A stretch of DNA of 64,000 nt from an uncultured Collinsella sp. (GTDB lineage Bacteria > Actinomycetota > Coriobacteriia > Coriobacteriales > Coriobacteriaceae), in assembly GCA_900754525.1 (NCBI GenBank), contig CAAEDE010000037.1:21245-85244 (forward strand). Reading direction: 5' to 3'. Position 1 is the stretch's first letter, and each line of letters starts with the position of its first letter. This document shows positions 54,155 to 62,903 of the stretch, one piece after another. A program made the position numbers and the translations under genes. The notes under the pieces are model-generated. The model worked only from the letters and a program-made list of their open reading frames with translations, was not told the origin of the DNA and did no database searches.

Positions 54155-56893
54155 TTACCTCTTCTTTTTGCTTGGCATCGAGACTTTGATGCCTTGGGCG
54201 GACTTGGTCACGCGAGAGCGCTTGGCTCCGGTACTCTTCTTTTTCTTGGGCTGGGCCTGGGCCACGCCCTCGAGTGCACGGGCCTCGGCCTCGCGAGCGG
54301 TGCGATCTTCGCGGCGCTGCGCCATGTCGGCGGCGACGCGCTTGGCAAAACGCTCGGCCGTCGAACCCGTCGAGCTCACCTTGCCGCCACCGCGACCTAG
54401 GTGGACGCGCACACCACGGCCAAAACCAGTTGCGGCATGACGACGACGCGGCTTGAGCGAATCCATCATCGTGGCGAGCTTAAAGAACACCGAGCAGGTA
54501 AAGACCACGATGACAGCCAAGATAACCATCTGGCCCATCGACAGGTTGGCAATGGACAGCAGCTCCGGGAATCCGATAACGCCCACCAGGATGCCGGCGA
54601 CGACAAACACAAAGAGCACCACACGTAAGGGCGTGAGAGGCTGCGAGATGCGCCAGATCAGGCTGACGCTCGCCGCACACGACGTAAGCAGGCACATCGT
54701 AGACAGTGTGAGCTGGCTAAAGCCAAACACGCGCGCCACAAAGATATCGAGCGCCGCAGCCAAAATGACCGGAATCGACGCCGGCAGTGCACGCTTGAGT
54801 ACGTTAGTCAAAAACGCACCCTTCACGCGAGCATTGTTGGGCTCCAGGCCCAACACAAAGCCCGGCGCGCCGATGCAGAAGAAGTTGATGAGCGTCATCT
54901 GGATGGGCTCGAAGGGATACGGCGGCAGCGCGATGCACAGCGCCGCCAGGCCCATCGAGAACAGCGTCTTGGTCAGGAACAGCGAGGCCGAACGCTGCAG
55001 GTTGTTGATGGAACGACGGCCCTCGGCCACCACGGCGGGCATCGAGGCAAAGTCGTTGTCGACGAGCACGATCTCGGCCACGTTGCGCGCGGCATCGGAA
55101 CCGGCCGCCATGGCGACGGAGCAGTCGGCCTCCTTGAGCGCCAGCACGTCGTTGACGCCGTCGCCCGTCATGGCCACGGTGTGCTCGCGGCGCTTGAGCG
55201 CCTGCACGAGCTCGCGCTTCTGCTGCGGGGTCACACGACCAAAGACATGGTAGCGGTCCACTGCGGCATCGAGCTTGGCCGGCGTATCGAGCGTCGTGGC
55301 GTCCACATAAGCGTCCGCCCCCGGCACGCCCACCACGCGCGCGATCGACGACACCGTACGCGGGTCGTCGCCACTGATCACGTTGAGGGTCACGCCCTGC
55401 TCGTTAAAGTAGCCGATGGTCTCGGCCGCCGAGGTACGAATCTCGTCGCGGATGGTCACAAAGCCCACGGGCTCGGCCTCGCCCACCATATCGCCATCGG
55501 GCGTAAAGCCGTCCACGCGCGCCACCACGAGCACACGGCAGGTATCGGCAAGCTCGGCGACACGGTTCTCGACCTGCGAAAACACACGATCAGAGAGCAC
55601 AAACTGCGCGGCGCCCATCACATAGGAGCCCTGCGCAAACGACGCGCCGCTCCACTTTTTGGAGGACGAGAACGGAATGACCGACAGTGGCTCAGACACC
55701 TCGACCGGGCGATCGGCGTAATAGTTGAGCAGCGCCTGGCAGGTCTCGTTGGCATCGGCCGAAGTCGCACGCGCGACGTTAGCCAGCGCGAAATCGAGCA
55801 CTGTGATATCGACGGGAACAGCCGCCTCGTCCGAGTCCACGCCAAAGCCAACACCCTCAACAGGCAGCGGGTAGGTGCCCTCGACCTCCATACGACCCGA
55901 GGTAATGGTGCCCGTCTTGTCCAGGCACAGCACGTCGACGCGAGCGAGCGTCTCGATGCAGTAGAGCTGCTGCGCCAGCACCTTGCGGCGGGCCAGGCGC
56001 ACCGTGGCGATGGCGAGCACCGACGAGGTCAGCAGCACCAAGCCTTGCGGAATCATGCCCAGCAGGGCACCCACCGTGGACAGCAGCGCCGACGAAGGCA
56101 CATGACCAGCCAACAGCTCGGAGAAACACCACGAAAGCGCGCTATCGCCCGGGGTTCCCGCGGCATCCCACAGCTCGCTCACACTCGAGGCAAACACCGC
56201 CAAACCGAGCGGGATCATGATGATACTCGCAAAGCGCACGATGGCGTTAAGCGCGTTCATGATCTCGGAATTGACCTTTTTGACGTACTTGGCCTCGTTA
56301 TTAATTTTGGCCACGTAGTTGTCGGCGCCGACATGGATCACGCGGGCGCGCAGCAGGCCCGAGTCGATAAAGCTGCCGCTCATGAGCTCGGAACCGGGCT
56401 GCTTCTTAATAAGGTCGCTCTCGCCCGTCAGCAGGCTCTCGTTCACGAGCGCCTCGCCCGAAACCACCACGGCGTCAGCGGGAATCTGGTCGCCGCGCCC
56501 CAGGCGGATAATGTCGTCGAGCACGATCTGGTCCAAGTCGAGCTCCACCTCGGCGCCGTCGCGCACCGCGATGGCCTTCTTAGAGGTCAGCAGCGTGAGC
56601 TTATCGACCATCTTCTTGGAACGCATGGACTGAATGACGCCAATAGCGGTATTGAGGAACACCACGAACAGGAACGTCAGATTCTTAAACGAACCGGTCA
56701 AAATGACCAGGAACGCCAAGATCACGTTGATCAAATTGAACAACGTGCAGAGGTTCTCGATGATGAGCTCTTTGACCGACTTGGTCTTGAGCTCCATGTT
56801 GCGGTTGATCTTACCGGCGGCGATGCGCTCCTCGACCTCGGCGGTCGAGAGTCCGCGCTCGATATCCGTTGCTGCCATAACACGTCCCATCAC
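54155..56893 (-). CDS. P-type ATPase (CtpE-like), M4 motif PQGL
   Basis: LTGES, DKTGTIT, SGDD, MTGDGVNDVLA motifs. Confidence 0.95.
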   Translation of the reverse strand: MMGRVMAATDIERGLSTAEVEERIAAGKINRNMELKTKSVKELIIENLCTLFNLINVILAFLVILTGSFKNLTFLFVVFLNTAIGVIQSMRSKKMVDKLTLLTSKKAIAVRDGAEVELDLDQIVLDDIIRLGRGDQIPADAVVVSGEALVNESLLTGESDLIKKQPGSELMSGSFIDSGLLRARVIHVGADNYVAKINNEAKYVKKVNSEIMNALNAIVRFASIIMIPLGLAVFASSVSELWDAAGTPGDSALSWCFSELLAGHVPSSALLSTVGALLGMIPQGLVLLTSSVLAIATVRLARRKVLAQQLYCIETLARVDVLCLDKTGTITSGRMEVEGTYPLPVEGVGFGVDSDEAAVPVDITVLDFALANVARATSADANETCQALLNYYADRPVEVSEPLSVIPFSSSKKWSGASFAQGSYVMGAAQFVLSDRVFSQVENRVAELADTCRVLVVARVDGFTPDGDMVGEAEPVGFVTIRDEIRTSAAETIGYFNEQGVTLNVISGDDPRTVSSIARVVGVPGADAYVDATTLDTPAKLDAAVDRYHVFGRVTPQQKRELVQALKRREHTVAMTGDGVNDVLALKEADCSVAMAAGSDAARNVAEIVLVDNDFASMPAVVAEGRRSINNLQRSASLFLTKTLFSMGLAALCIALPPYPFEPIQMTLINFFCIGAPGFVLGLEPNNARVKGAFLTNVLKRALPASIPVILAAALDIFVARVFGFSQLTLSTMCLLTSCAASVSLIWRISQPLTPLRVVLFVFVVAGILVGVIGFPELLSIANLSMGQMVILAVIVVFTCSVFFKLATMMDSLKPRRRHAATGFGRGVRVHLGRGGGKVSSTGSTAERFAKRVAADMAQRREDRTAREAEARALEGVAQAQPKKKKSTGAKRSRVTKSAQGIKVSMPSKKKR

Positions 56894-56909
56894 GTCGCGT
56901 CGGTATAAG

Positions 56910-56946
56910 AAAAACCGCCCGGACCATGCGAGGTTCGGACGGTCTT
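56910..56946 (-). terminator. Terminator downstream of tRNA-Arg
   Basis: accgcccggacc...ggttcggacggt hairpin with an A-run on the left. Confidence 0.65.
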
Positions 56947-56954
56947 ACGTTCGA

Positions 56955-57031
56955 TGGTGCCCCATGTTGGATTCGAACCAACGGCCTTCTGCTCCGGAGG
57001 CAGACGCTCTAATCCCCTGAGCTAATAGGGC
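56955..57031 (-). tRNA. tRNA-Arg(CCG)
   Basis: Cloverleaf: acceptor GCCCTAT/ATGGGGC, anticodon arm TCTGC-CTCCGGA-GCAGA, T-loop TTCGAAT, encoded CCA; promoter TTGATA-18-TATAAT at 57043-57072. Confidence 0.97.
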
Positions 57032-57235
57032 CAACATTTGGCATTATACCCAAGTGCACCACGGGCTATCAAAATAAAAGAAAAAGCTTTGCAATTCCGA
57101 GGAAGACGCGGTGCAACGGCCCACTTTAGAAGGCAAAAGCGAGTCAGATAGTATAAACTCTCATGCACCATATATACACGGCTCGCGATGCGGGCCGTTT
57201 TTGCAAAAGTTATCCATCGAGGTGAGAGGCACACC

Positions 57236-58261
57236 ATGATTGCAATTTTAAAGCAGAGCGCCAGCGACGAAGCCGTCAGCCATATCGTCAGCTGGATTGA
57301 GAAAAAAGGCCTGAAGACCGACGTCTCGCGCGGCGAGAATGAGACGATCATCGGCCTGGTGGGCGATACGACCAAGATCGACCCGTTCCTGCTCGAGTCC
57401 ATGGACGTCGTCGAGCGCATGCAGCGCGTCTCCGAGCCGTTCAAGCGTGCCAACCGCAAGTTCCACCCCGAGGACTCCGTCATCGACTGCGGCCACGGCG
57501 TCAAAATCGGCGGCGATCAGTTCCAGGTCATCGCCGGCCCGTGCTCCGTCGAGGGCGAGAACCTCATCCGCATCGCCCGCCGCGTGAAGGCCGCCGGTGC
57601 CACGATGCTGCGCGGCGGTGCCTACAAGCCCCGCACCTCCCCCTACGCCTACCAGGGCATGGGCCCTGCCGGCCTCGACCTGCTGTGCGAGGCGTCTGCC
57701 GAGCTCGACATGCCGATCGTCACCGAGATCATGGACCCACGCGACGTGCAGATCTTCTTGGACAAAAAGATTGACGTCATGCAGATCGGCGCCCGCAACG
57801 CCCAGAACTTCCCCCTGCTCAAGGAGGTCGGCAAGACCCAGACCCCGATTCTGCTCAAGCGCGGCATGTCCGGCACGATCGATGAGCTGCTCATGGCCGC
57901 CGAGTACATCATGAGCGAGGGCAACGACAACGTCATTCTGTGCGAGCGCGGTATCCGCACCTTCGAGACCCGCACCCGCAATACCTTCGACCTCAATGCC
58001 GTGCCGGTGCTGCACCACCTGTCGCACCTGCCCGTCGTCGCCGACCCCAGCCACGCCACCGGCTACACCCGCTACGTTGAGCCCATGGCGCTCGCCGCGA
58101 CCGCCTGCGGTGCCAACGGCCTGGAGATCGAGGTCCACGACGAGCCGAGCCGCGCCTGGTCCGACGGCGCCCAGGCCCTCACCCCCGATCAGTTCGACGA
58201 CACCATGCGCCGCATCCGAGCCATCCGCGAGGTCGTCTGCCAAGAGACCGTTCAGGAGTAG
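57236..58261 (+). CDS. aroF: 3-deoxy-7-phosphoheptulonate synthase (type I-beta, N-terminal regulatory domain)
   Basis: IAGPCSVE, GGAYKPRTSPY, QIGARN, LCERGIRTFE, DPSH. Confidence 0.95.
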   Translation: MIAILKQSASDEAVSHIVSWIEKKGLKTDVSRGENETIIGLVGDTTKIDPFLLESMDVVERMQRVSEPFKRANRKFHPEDSVIDCGHGVKIGGDQFQVIAGPCSVEGENLIRIARRVKAAGATMLRGGAYKPRTSPYAYQGMGPAGLDLLCEASAELDMPIVTEIMDPRDVQIFLDKKIDVMQIGARNAQNFPLLKEVGKTQTPILLKRGMSGTIDELLMAAEYIMSEGNDNVILCERGIRTFETRTRNTFDLNAVPVLHHLSHLPVVADPSHATGYTRYVEPMALAATACGANGLEIEVHDEPSRAWSDGAQALTPDQFDDTMRRIRAIREVVCQETVQE

Positions 58262-58264
58262 CCC

Positions 58265-59179
58265 ATGGGTACGGTGAGAAACGCACGCGTTAACCAGGGC
58301 GGCCCCAAGTGCGCCGGCATCGTGGGCCTGGGCCTCATCGGCGGCAGCTTTGCCCGCGGCTATGCGCAGGCGGGCGTCCGCGTGCTGGCCTGGGACCCCG
58401 ATGACGATGTCATGACGGCCGCCAGCATGGGCACTGTCGCCGGAGAGCTCAACGACAGGACACTCGGCGAATGCGACATCATCGTCCTGGCTTGCTACCC
58501 CGAGGCCTGCATCGAGTGGCTCGAGGAGCATGCCCAGGCACTCGCCGACGCCACCGACACCGAGGCCATCATGGGCCCTGTGGTGATCGACACGGTGGGC
58601 GTCAAGGGCATCGTGTGCGAGCGCGCCTTTGAGCTTGCCCGCGAGCACGGCTTTTACTTTGTGGGCGCGCACCCCATGGCGGGCACGCAGTACTCGGGCT
58701 ACGCGCACTCCCGCGCCGACCTGTTCCAGGGCGCCCCGCTCGTGCTCGTGCCACCCGCGGTAGACGATGCACTCAAACTGGAGCTTTTGGGCCAGGTGCG
58801 CGAGATGGTGCGCCCCTTGGGCTTTGGCAAGTTCAGCGTGACCAGCGCCGCCGAGCACGACCGCGTCATCGCCTTCACGAGCCAGCTTGCGCATGTGGTG
58901 TCCAACGCCTACGTAAAGAGTCCGACCGCCCAGGTCCACCACGGCTTTTCGGCCGGTAGCTACCGCGATCTCACCCGCGTGGCGCACCTCAACCCGCAAA
59001 TGTGGTCGGAGCTCATGATCGACGACGCCGACGCGCTCGCCTTCGAGATCGACCATCTGATCGAGTCGCTTGGCGCCTACAGCCGAGCGCTCAAGAACCG
59101 CGACCAGCGCTATCTGGAGAATCTTCTTGCCGAGGGCGACCGCATCAAGCGTGCACTCGACGACGAGGGCTCCCACTAA
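58265..59179 (+). CDS. tyrA: Prephenate dehydrogenase
   Basis: GLGLIGGS, HPMAG, EHDRVIAFTSQLAH, RDLTRVA. Confidence 0.92.
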   Translation: MGTVRNARVNQGGPKCAGIVGLGLIGGSFARGYAQAGVRVLAWDPDDDVMTAASMGTVAGELNDRTLGECDIIVLACYPEACIEWLEEHAQALADATDTEAIMGPVVIDTVGVKGIVCERAFELAREHGFYFVGAHPMAGTQYSGYAHSRADLFQGAPLVLVPPAVDDALKLELLGQVREMVRPLGFGKFSVTSAAEHDRVIAFTSQLAHVVSNAYVKSPTAQVHHGFSAGSYRDLTRVAHLNPQMWSELMIDDADALAFEIDHLIESLGAYSRALKNRDQRYLENLLAEGDRIKRALDDEGSH

Positions 59180-59215
59180 ACCACCTATCACGCCAGGTCG
59201 AAAGGACCATAGCTT

Positions 59216-60322
59216 ATGGCGATTACCATCGATATCGACACCGCACGCCCCTACCAGGTGCATGTTGGCACGTTTTTGCTGGAGCAGGCGGGACCGCTCG
59301 TGCGCGCCACTGCCGGCGGCACCAAGGCCGTCATCGTGACGGACACCAACGTGGGCCCGCTCTACCAGATGCCCGTTAAGCAGAGCCTGGAGGCGTCAGG
59401 CTACGAAGTGAGCATCTGCACCTTCGAGGCCGGCGAGGCCCATAAGCGCGCCGAAACCTATGTTGCCATTTTGGAGTTTGTGGCCGAGCACGAGCTTTCG
59501 CGCTCCGACGTGATCGTGGCGCTCGGCGGCGGCGTCGTGGGCGACGTGGCGGGCTTTGTGGCCGCCACCTACATGCGCGGCTGCAAGTTTGTGCAGATCC
59601 CGACGAGCCTGCTCGCCATGGTGGATTCATCGGTGGGCGGCAAGACGGCCATCGACCTGGCTGCTGGCAAGAACTTGGCCGGCGCCTTTTGGCAGCCGAG
59701 CGTGGTTATCGCCGACGTGGGGTGCCTGGCCACCCTTACGCCCGAGCAGTTCGCCGACGGCTGCGGCGAGGTCGTCAAGCACGCCGTGATCGCCGACCCC
59801 GAGCTCTTCGCCGAGCTGGAGAAAACCCCGCTCACGCTGGAGCTGCTCAACCGCGATGTGGCCCGCGTAGCACTCATCATCGCCCGCAATATCGACATCA
59901 AGCGCGCCGTGGTCGTCGCCGACGAGCACGAGACCAACCAGCGCAAGCTGCTCAACTTTGGACACAGCGCCGGACACGCCGTCGAGGCCTGCGAGCACTT
60001 TGAGCTCGGACACGGCAACTGTGTGTCGATCGGCATGGGCATCATCACGCGCGCCGCGGCCCTGCACGGCGTCTGCGATGCTGCACTGCCCGGTCGTATT
60101 GAGGAGCTCTGCGCCCGCCATGGCCTCAAGACCCGCTGCGACCTAGATGCCGATGCCGTCTTTGCCGAGGCGCTCCACGACAAGAAGCGCGCGGGTGGCA
60201 CTATCGACCTGGTGATTCCGCACGGCATTGGCCGCTGCAGCATCGACCGCACGCCACTTTCCACTTTCCACGAACTCATTGCCGAAGGCCTCGGCCAGAA
60301 GGGAGACGTTTCCGCATGTTAG
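59216..60322 (+). CDS. aroB: 3-dehydroquinate synthase
   Basis: GGGVVGD, PTSLLAMVDSSVGGKT, LNFGHSAGHAVE. Confidence 0.96.
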   Translation: MAITIDIDTARPYQVHVGTFLLEQAGPLVRATAGGTKAVIVTDTNVGPLYQMPVKQSLEASGYEVSICTFEAGEAHKRAETYVAILEFVAEHELSRSDVIVALGGGVVGDVAGFVAATYMRGCKFVQIPTSLLAMVDSSVGGKTAIDLAAGKNLAGAFWQPSVVIADVGCLATLTPEQFADGCGEVVKHAVIADPELFAELEKTPLTLELLNRDVARVALIIARNIDIKRAVVVADEHETNQRKLLNFGHSAGHAVEACEHFELGHGNCVSIGMGIITRAAALHGVCDAALPGRIEELCARHGLKTRCDLDADAVFAEALHDKKRAGGTIDLVIPHGIGRCSIDRTPLSTFHELIAEGLGQKGDVSAC

Positions 60323-61635
60323 CCCGCATCACCCCGTCCCCGCTTAAGGGCACCGTTCCCGCCATCGCATCCAAGTCGATGGCGCACCGTCTCATCATCT
60401 GCGCCGCACTCGCCAACGGCGAGACGCACGTCACTTGCAACACCACCTGCGCCGATATCGAAGCCACGGTGCGCTGCCTCACGGCGCTGGGCGCCCGCAT
60501 CGAGACCGTCGAGGACGGCTTCCAGGTCCATCCCACTATGAAGAGTATTGAGTTCGGCCTGCTCAAGGCACTTGCGGGCGGCACGCTCGACTGCGGCGAG
60601 AGCGGCTCCACGCTCCGCTTTATGCTGCCCGTCGCCTGCGCGCTGGGGGCAGAGGCAACCTTTGTGGGCCAGGGCCGTCTGGGCGCCCGCCCGCTCTCCC
60701 CGCTCTCCGATGAGATCATTGCCGCCGGCTGCGACCTGCAGGGTCTGGGCGGTTTTCCGCTCAAGACGAGTGGACGCATGCGCCCGGGCACCTTTGTGCT
60801 GCCGGGCAACGTAAGCTCGCAGTACATCTCGGGCCTGCTGCTGGCAGCCCCGTTGCTCGCCCAGCCCTCCTGCGTGCAGGTGACCGGCCTCATTGAGAGC
60901 CGCCCCTACATCAACCTGACGATCCAGGCCATGAAAGCCTTTGGCGTCGAAGTCAACGTCGAGCGTATTCCCGCCAGGGACGGCCAGCCCGAGATCACGA
61001 ACTTCCGCGTGAACAGCGGCTCGTACCGCACGCCCGGCAACGTGGCCGTCGAGGGCGACTGGTCCAACGCTGCCTTTTGGCTGTGTGCCGGCGCCATCGG
61101 CACCGACCCCATCACCGTCGAGGGCGTGTCGCTGAGCTCCGCGCAGGGCGACCGCAACGTGCTTGCCGCGCTTTCGCGCTTTGGCGCCCGCATCGTGCGC
61201 TCCACCAACGCCGCCACCGTGCAGTCCGACAAGCTTACCGGCTTTGAGATGAGTGCGCACGACATCCCCGACCTGGTGCCCGTTATCTCGGCCGTGGCCT
61301 CGCTGGCACAGGGCCGCACGTTCATCCGTGACTGTGCACGCCTACGCATCAAGGAATCCGACCGCCTGGTCACCACCACCCGCGAGCTCACCGCGCTGGG
61401 CGCGCAGGTGCGCATCGCCGGTGACGACCTCATCATCAAGGGTGTCGATGCATTCACCGGCGGCGAGGTCGATTCGCACAACGACCACCGCATCGCCATG
61501 ATGGCCGCCATCGCTGCGAGCCGTGCCACCGGCGAGGTCGTGATCCGCGGCGCCGAGGCCGTCAACAAGTCCTATCCCGATTTCTTCGACCACTACCGCC
61601 TGCTGGGTGGCAAGGTCACGCTCGAGGAGGAATAG
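60316..61635 (+). CDS. aroA: 3-phosphoshikimate 1-carboxyvinyltransferase
   Basis: SKSMAHR, CGESGSTLRF, SSQYISG, KESDR, DHRIAM, KSYP. Confidence 0.96.
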   Translation: MLARITPSPLKGTVPAIASKSMAHRLIICAALANGETHVTCNTTCADIEATVRCLTALGARIETVEDGFQVHPTMKSIEFGLLKALAGGTLDCGESGSTLRFMLPVACALGAEATFVGQGRLGARPLSPLSDEIIAAGCDLQGLGGFPLKTSGRMRPGTFVLPGNVSSQYISGLLLAAPLLAQPSCVQVTGLIESRPYINLTIQAMKAFGVEVNVERIPARDGQPEITNFRVNSGSYRTPGNVAVEGDWSNAAFWLCAGAIGTDPITVEGVSLSSAQGDRNVLAALSRFGARIVRSTNAATVQSDKLTGFEMSAHDIPDLVPVISAVASLAQGRTFIRDCARLRIKESDRLVTTTRELTALGAQVRIAGDDLIIKGVDAFTGGEVDSHNDHRIAMMAAIAASRATGEVVIRGAEAVNKSYPDFFDHYRLLGGKVTLEEE

Positions 61636-61636
61636 C

Positions 61637-62734
61637 ATGTCCTCGACCTTTGGCAACGTCTTGCACTTAAGCATCTTCGGCCAGTCGCACTCCCCCGCTA
61701 TCGGCTGCTCGCTCGATGGCATCCCGGCGGGCATCGCCGTGGACCAGGAGAAACTGCAGGCCTTCCTCGACCGTCGCGCCCCCGGTCGCGACGAAACCGC
61801 GACCAAACGCCGCGAGGCCGACGCCGCCCACATCATCGCCGGTGTTGTCGATGGACATACCACCGGCGCGCCCATCGCCGCGATTATCGAGAACACCAAC
61901 ACGCGCTCCAAGGACTATTCCGAACTGCGCCGCAAGCCCCGTCCCGGACATGCGGACTTCCCTGCGCGCGTGAAGTATCACAACATGCACGATGTCGCTG
62001 GTGGCGGCCATTTCTCCGGCCGCCTGACGGCACCTCTGTGCATCGCCGGCGGCATTGCGCTGCAGGCACTTGAGGCCCACGGCATTCAGGTCATGGCGCA
62101 TGTGGCGCAGATCGGCGGCATCTCCGACCTGCCGATGGACGACATGGTCTATCGCGAGGCCGACCGCAAGGCGATCCTTACGAACGATCTTCCGTGCATT
62201 GACGCCGCCGCAGCCGGCCGCATGCGCGAGGAGATCCTAGCCGCGCGCGACGAGCTCGATAGCATCGGCGGCATCGTGGAGTGCGGCGTCTACGGGCTTC
62301 CCGCGGGCATCGGCGACCCCATGTTCGACGGCATCGAGAACCGCATCGCGCAAATCGCCTTTGGCATTCCCGCCGTAAAGGGCGTGGAGTTTGGCATGGG
62401 CTTTGCCGTGGCCGCCATGCGCGGCAGCGAGAACAACGATCCGTATCGCATCGATGCCGAGACCGGCGAGATCGAGGTCGAGTCCAATAACGCCGGCGGC
62501 ATCCTGGGCGGTATTTCGACCGGCGCGCCCGTCATGTGGCGCATGGCCGTAAAGCCGACGCCCTCAATTGGCCGCGAGCAGCAGACCGTAGACATGGACG
62601 CCATGGAAAATGCCGAGCTCTCGGTCCACGGCCGCCACGATCCCTGCATCGTCCCCCGAGCCGTCCCCGTAGCCGAAGCAGCCGCAGCGCTGGCCATCTG
62701 GGACGCCCTCCTCGAGGACGCAGGCCAGCTTTAA
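61637..62734 (+). CDS. aroC: Chorismate synthase
   Basis: GQSH, RPGHAD, GGGHFSGR, GGILGGIS, KPTPSI, GRHDPC. Confidence 0.97.
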   Translation: MSSTFGNVLHLSIFGQSHSPAIGCSLDGIPAGIAVDQEKLQAFLDRRAPGRDETATKRREADAAHIIAGVVDGHTTGAPIAAIIENTNTRSKDYSELRRKPRPGHADFPARVKYHNMHDVAGGGHFSGRLTAPLCIAGGIALQALEAHGIQVMAHVAQIGGISDLPMDDMVYREADRKAILTNDLPCIDAAAAGRMREEILAARDELDSIGGIVECGVYGLPAGIGDPMFDGIENRIAQIAFGIPAVKGVEFGMGFAVAAMRGSENNDPYRIDAETGEIEVESNNAGGILGGISTGAPVMWRMAVKPTPSIGREQQTVDMDAMENAELSVHGRHDPCIVPRAVPVAEAAAALAIWDALLEDAGQL

Positions 62735-62748
62735 TCCACCCACCCCAA

Positions 62749-62875
62749 GGGTAGTTAATTTGGGACGGGGCTATTTTAGCTACCCCCATATGCCAGTTGA
62801 TATTTGCCCTGGCACCCATCGATTCGTCGACAGTCAAAGGGTAGCTAAAAAAGCCCCGTCCCAAATTAACTACCC
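62749..62875. repeat. REPIN/MITE-like inverted doublet of 37-bp palindromic units
   Basis: 62749-62785 and 62839-62875 are reverse complements with 1 mismatch; 53-nt spacer. Confidence 0.88.
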
Positions 62876-62903
62876 CAGGCAACCATTCACGAAAGGGGTC
62901 CCT

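Noticed and set aside
56955..57031. tRNA-Arg as an island integration site
   Set aside because: No duplicated 3' end or adjacent integrase seen in the window.
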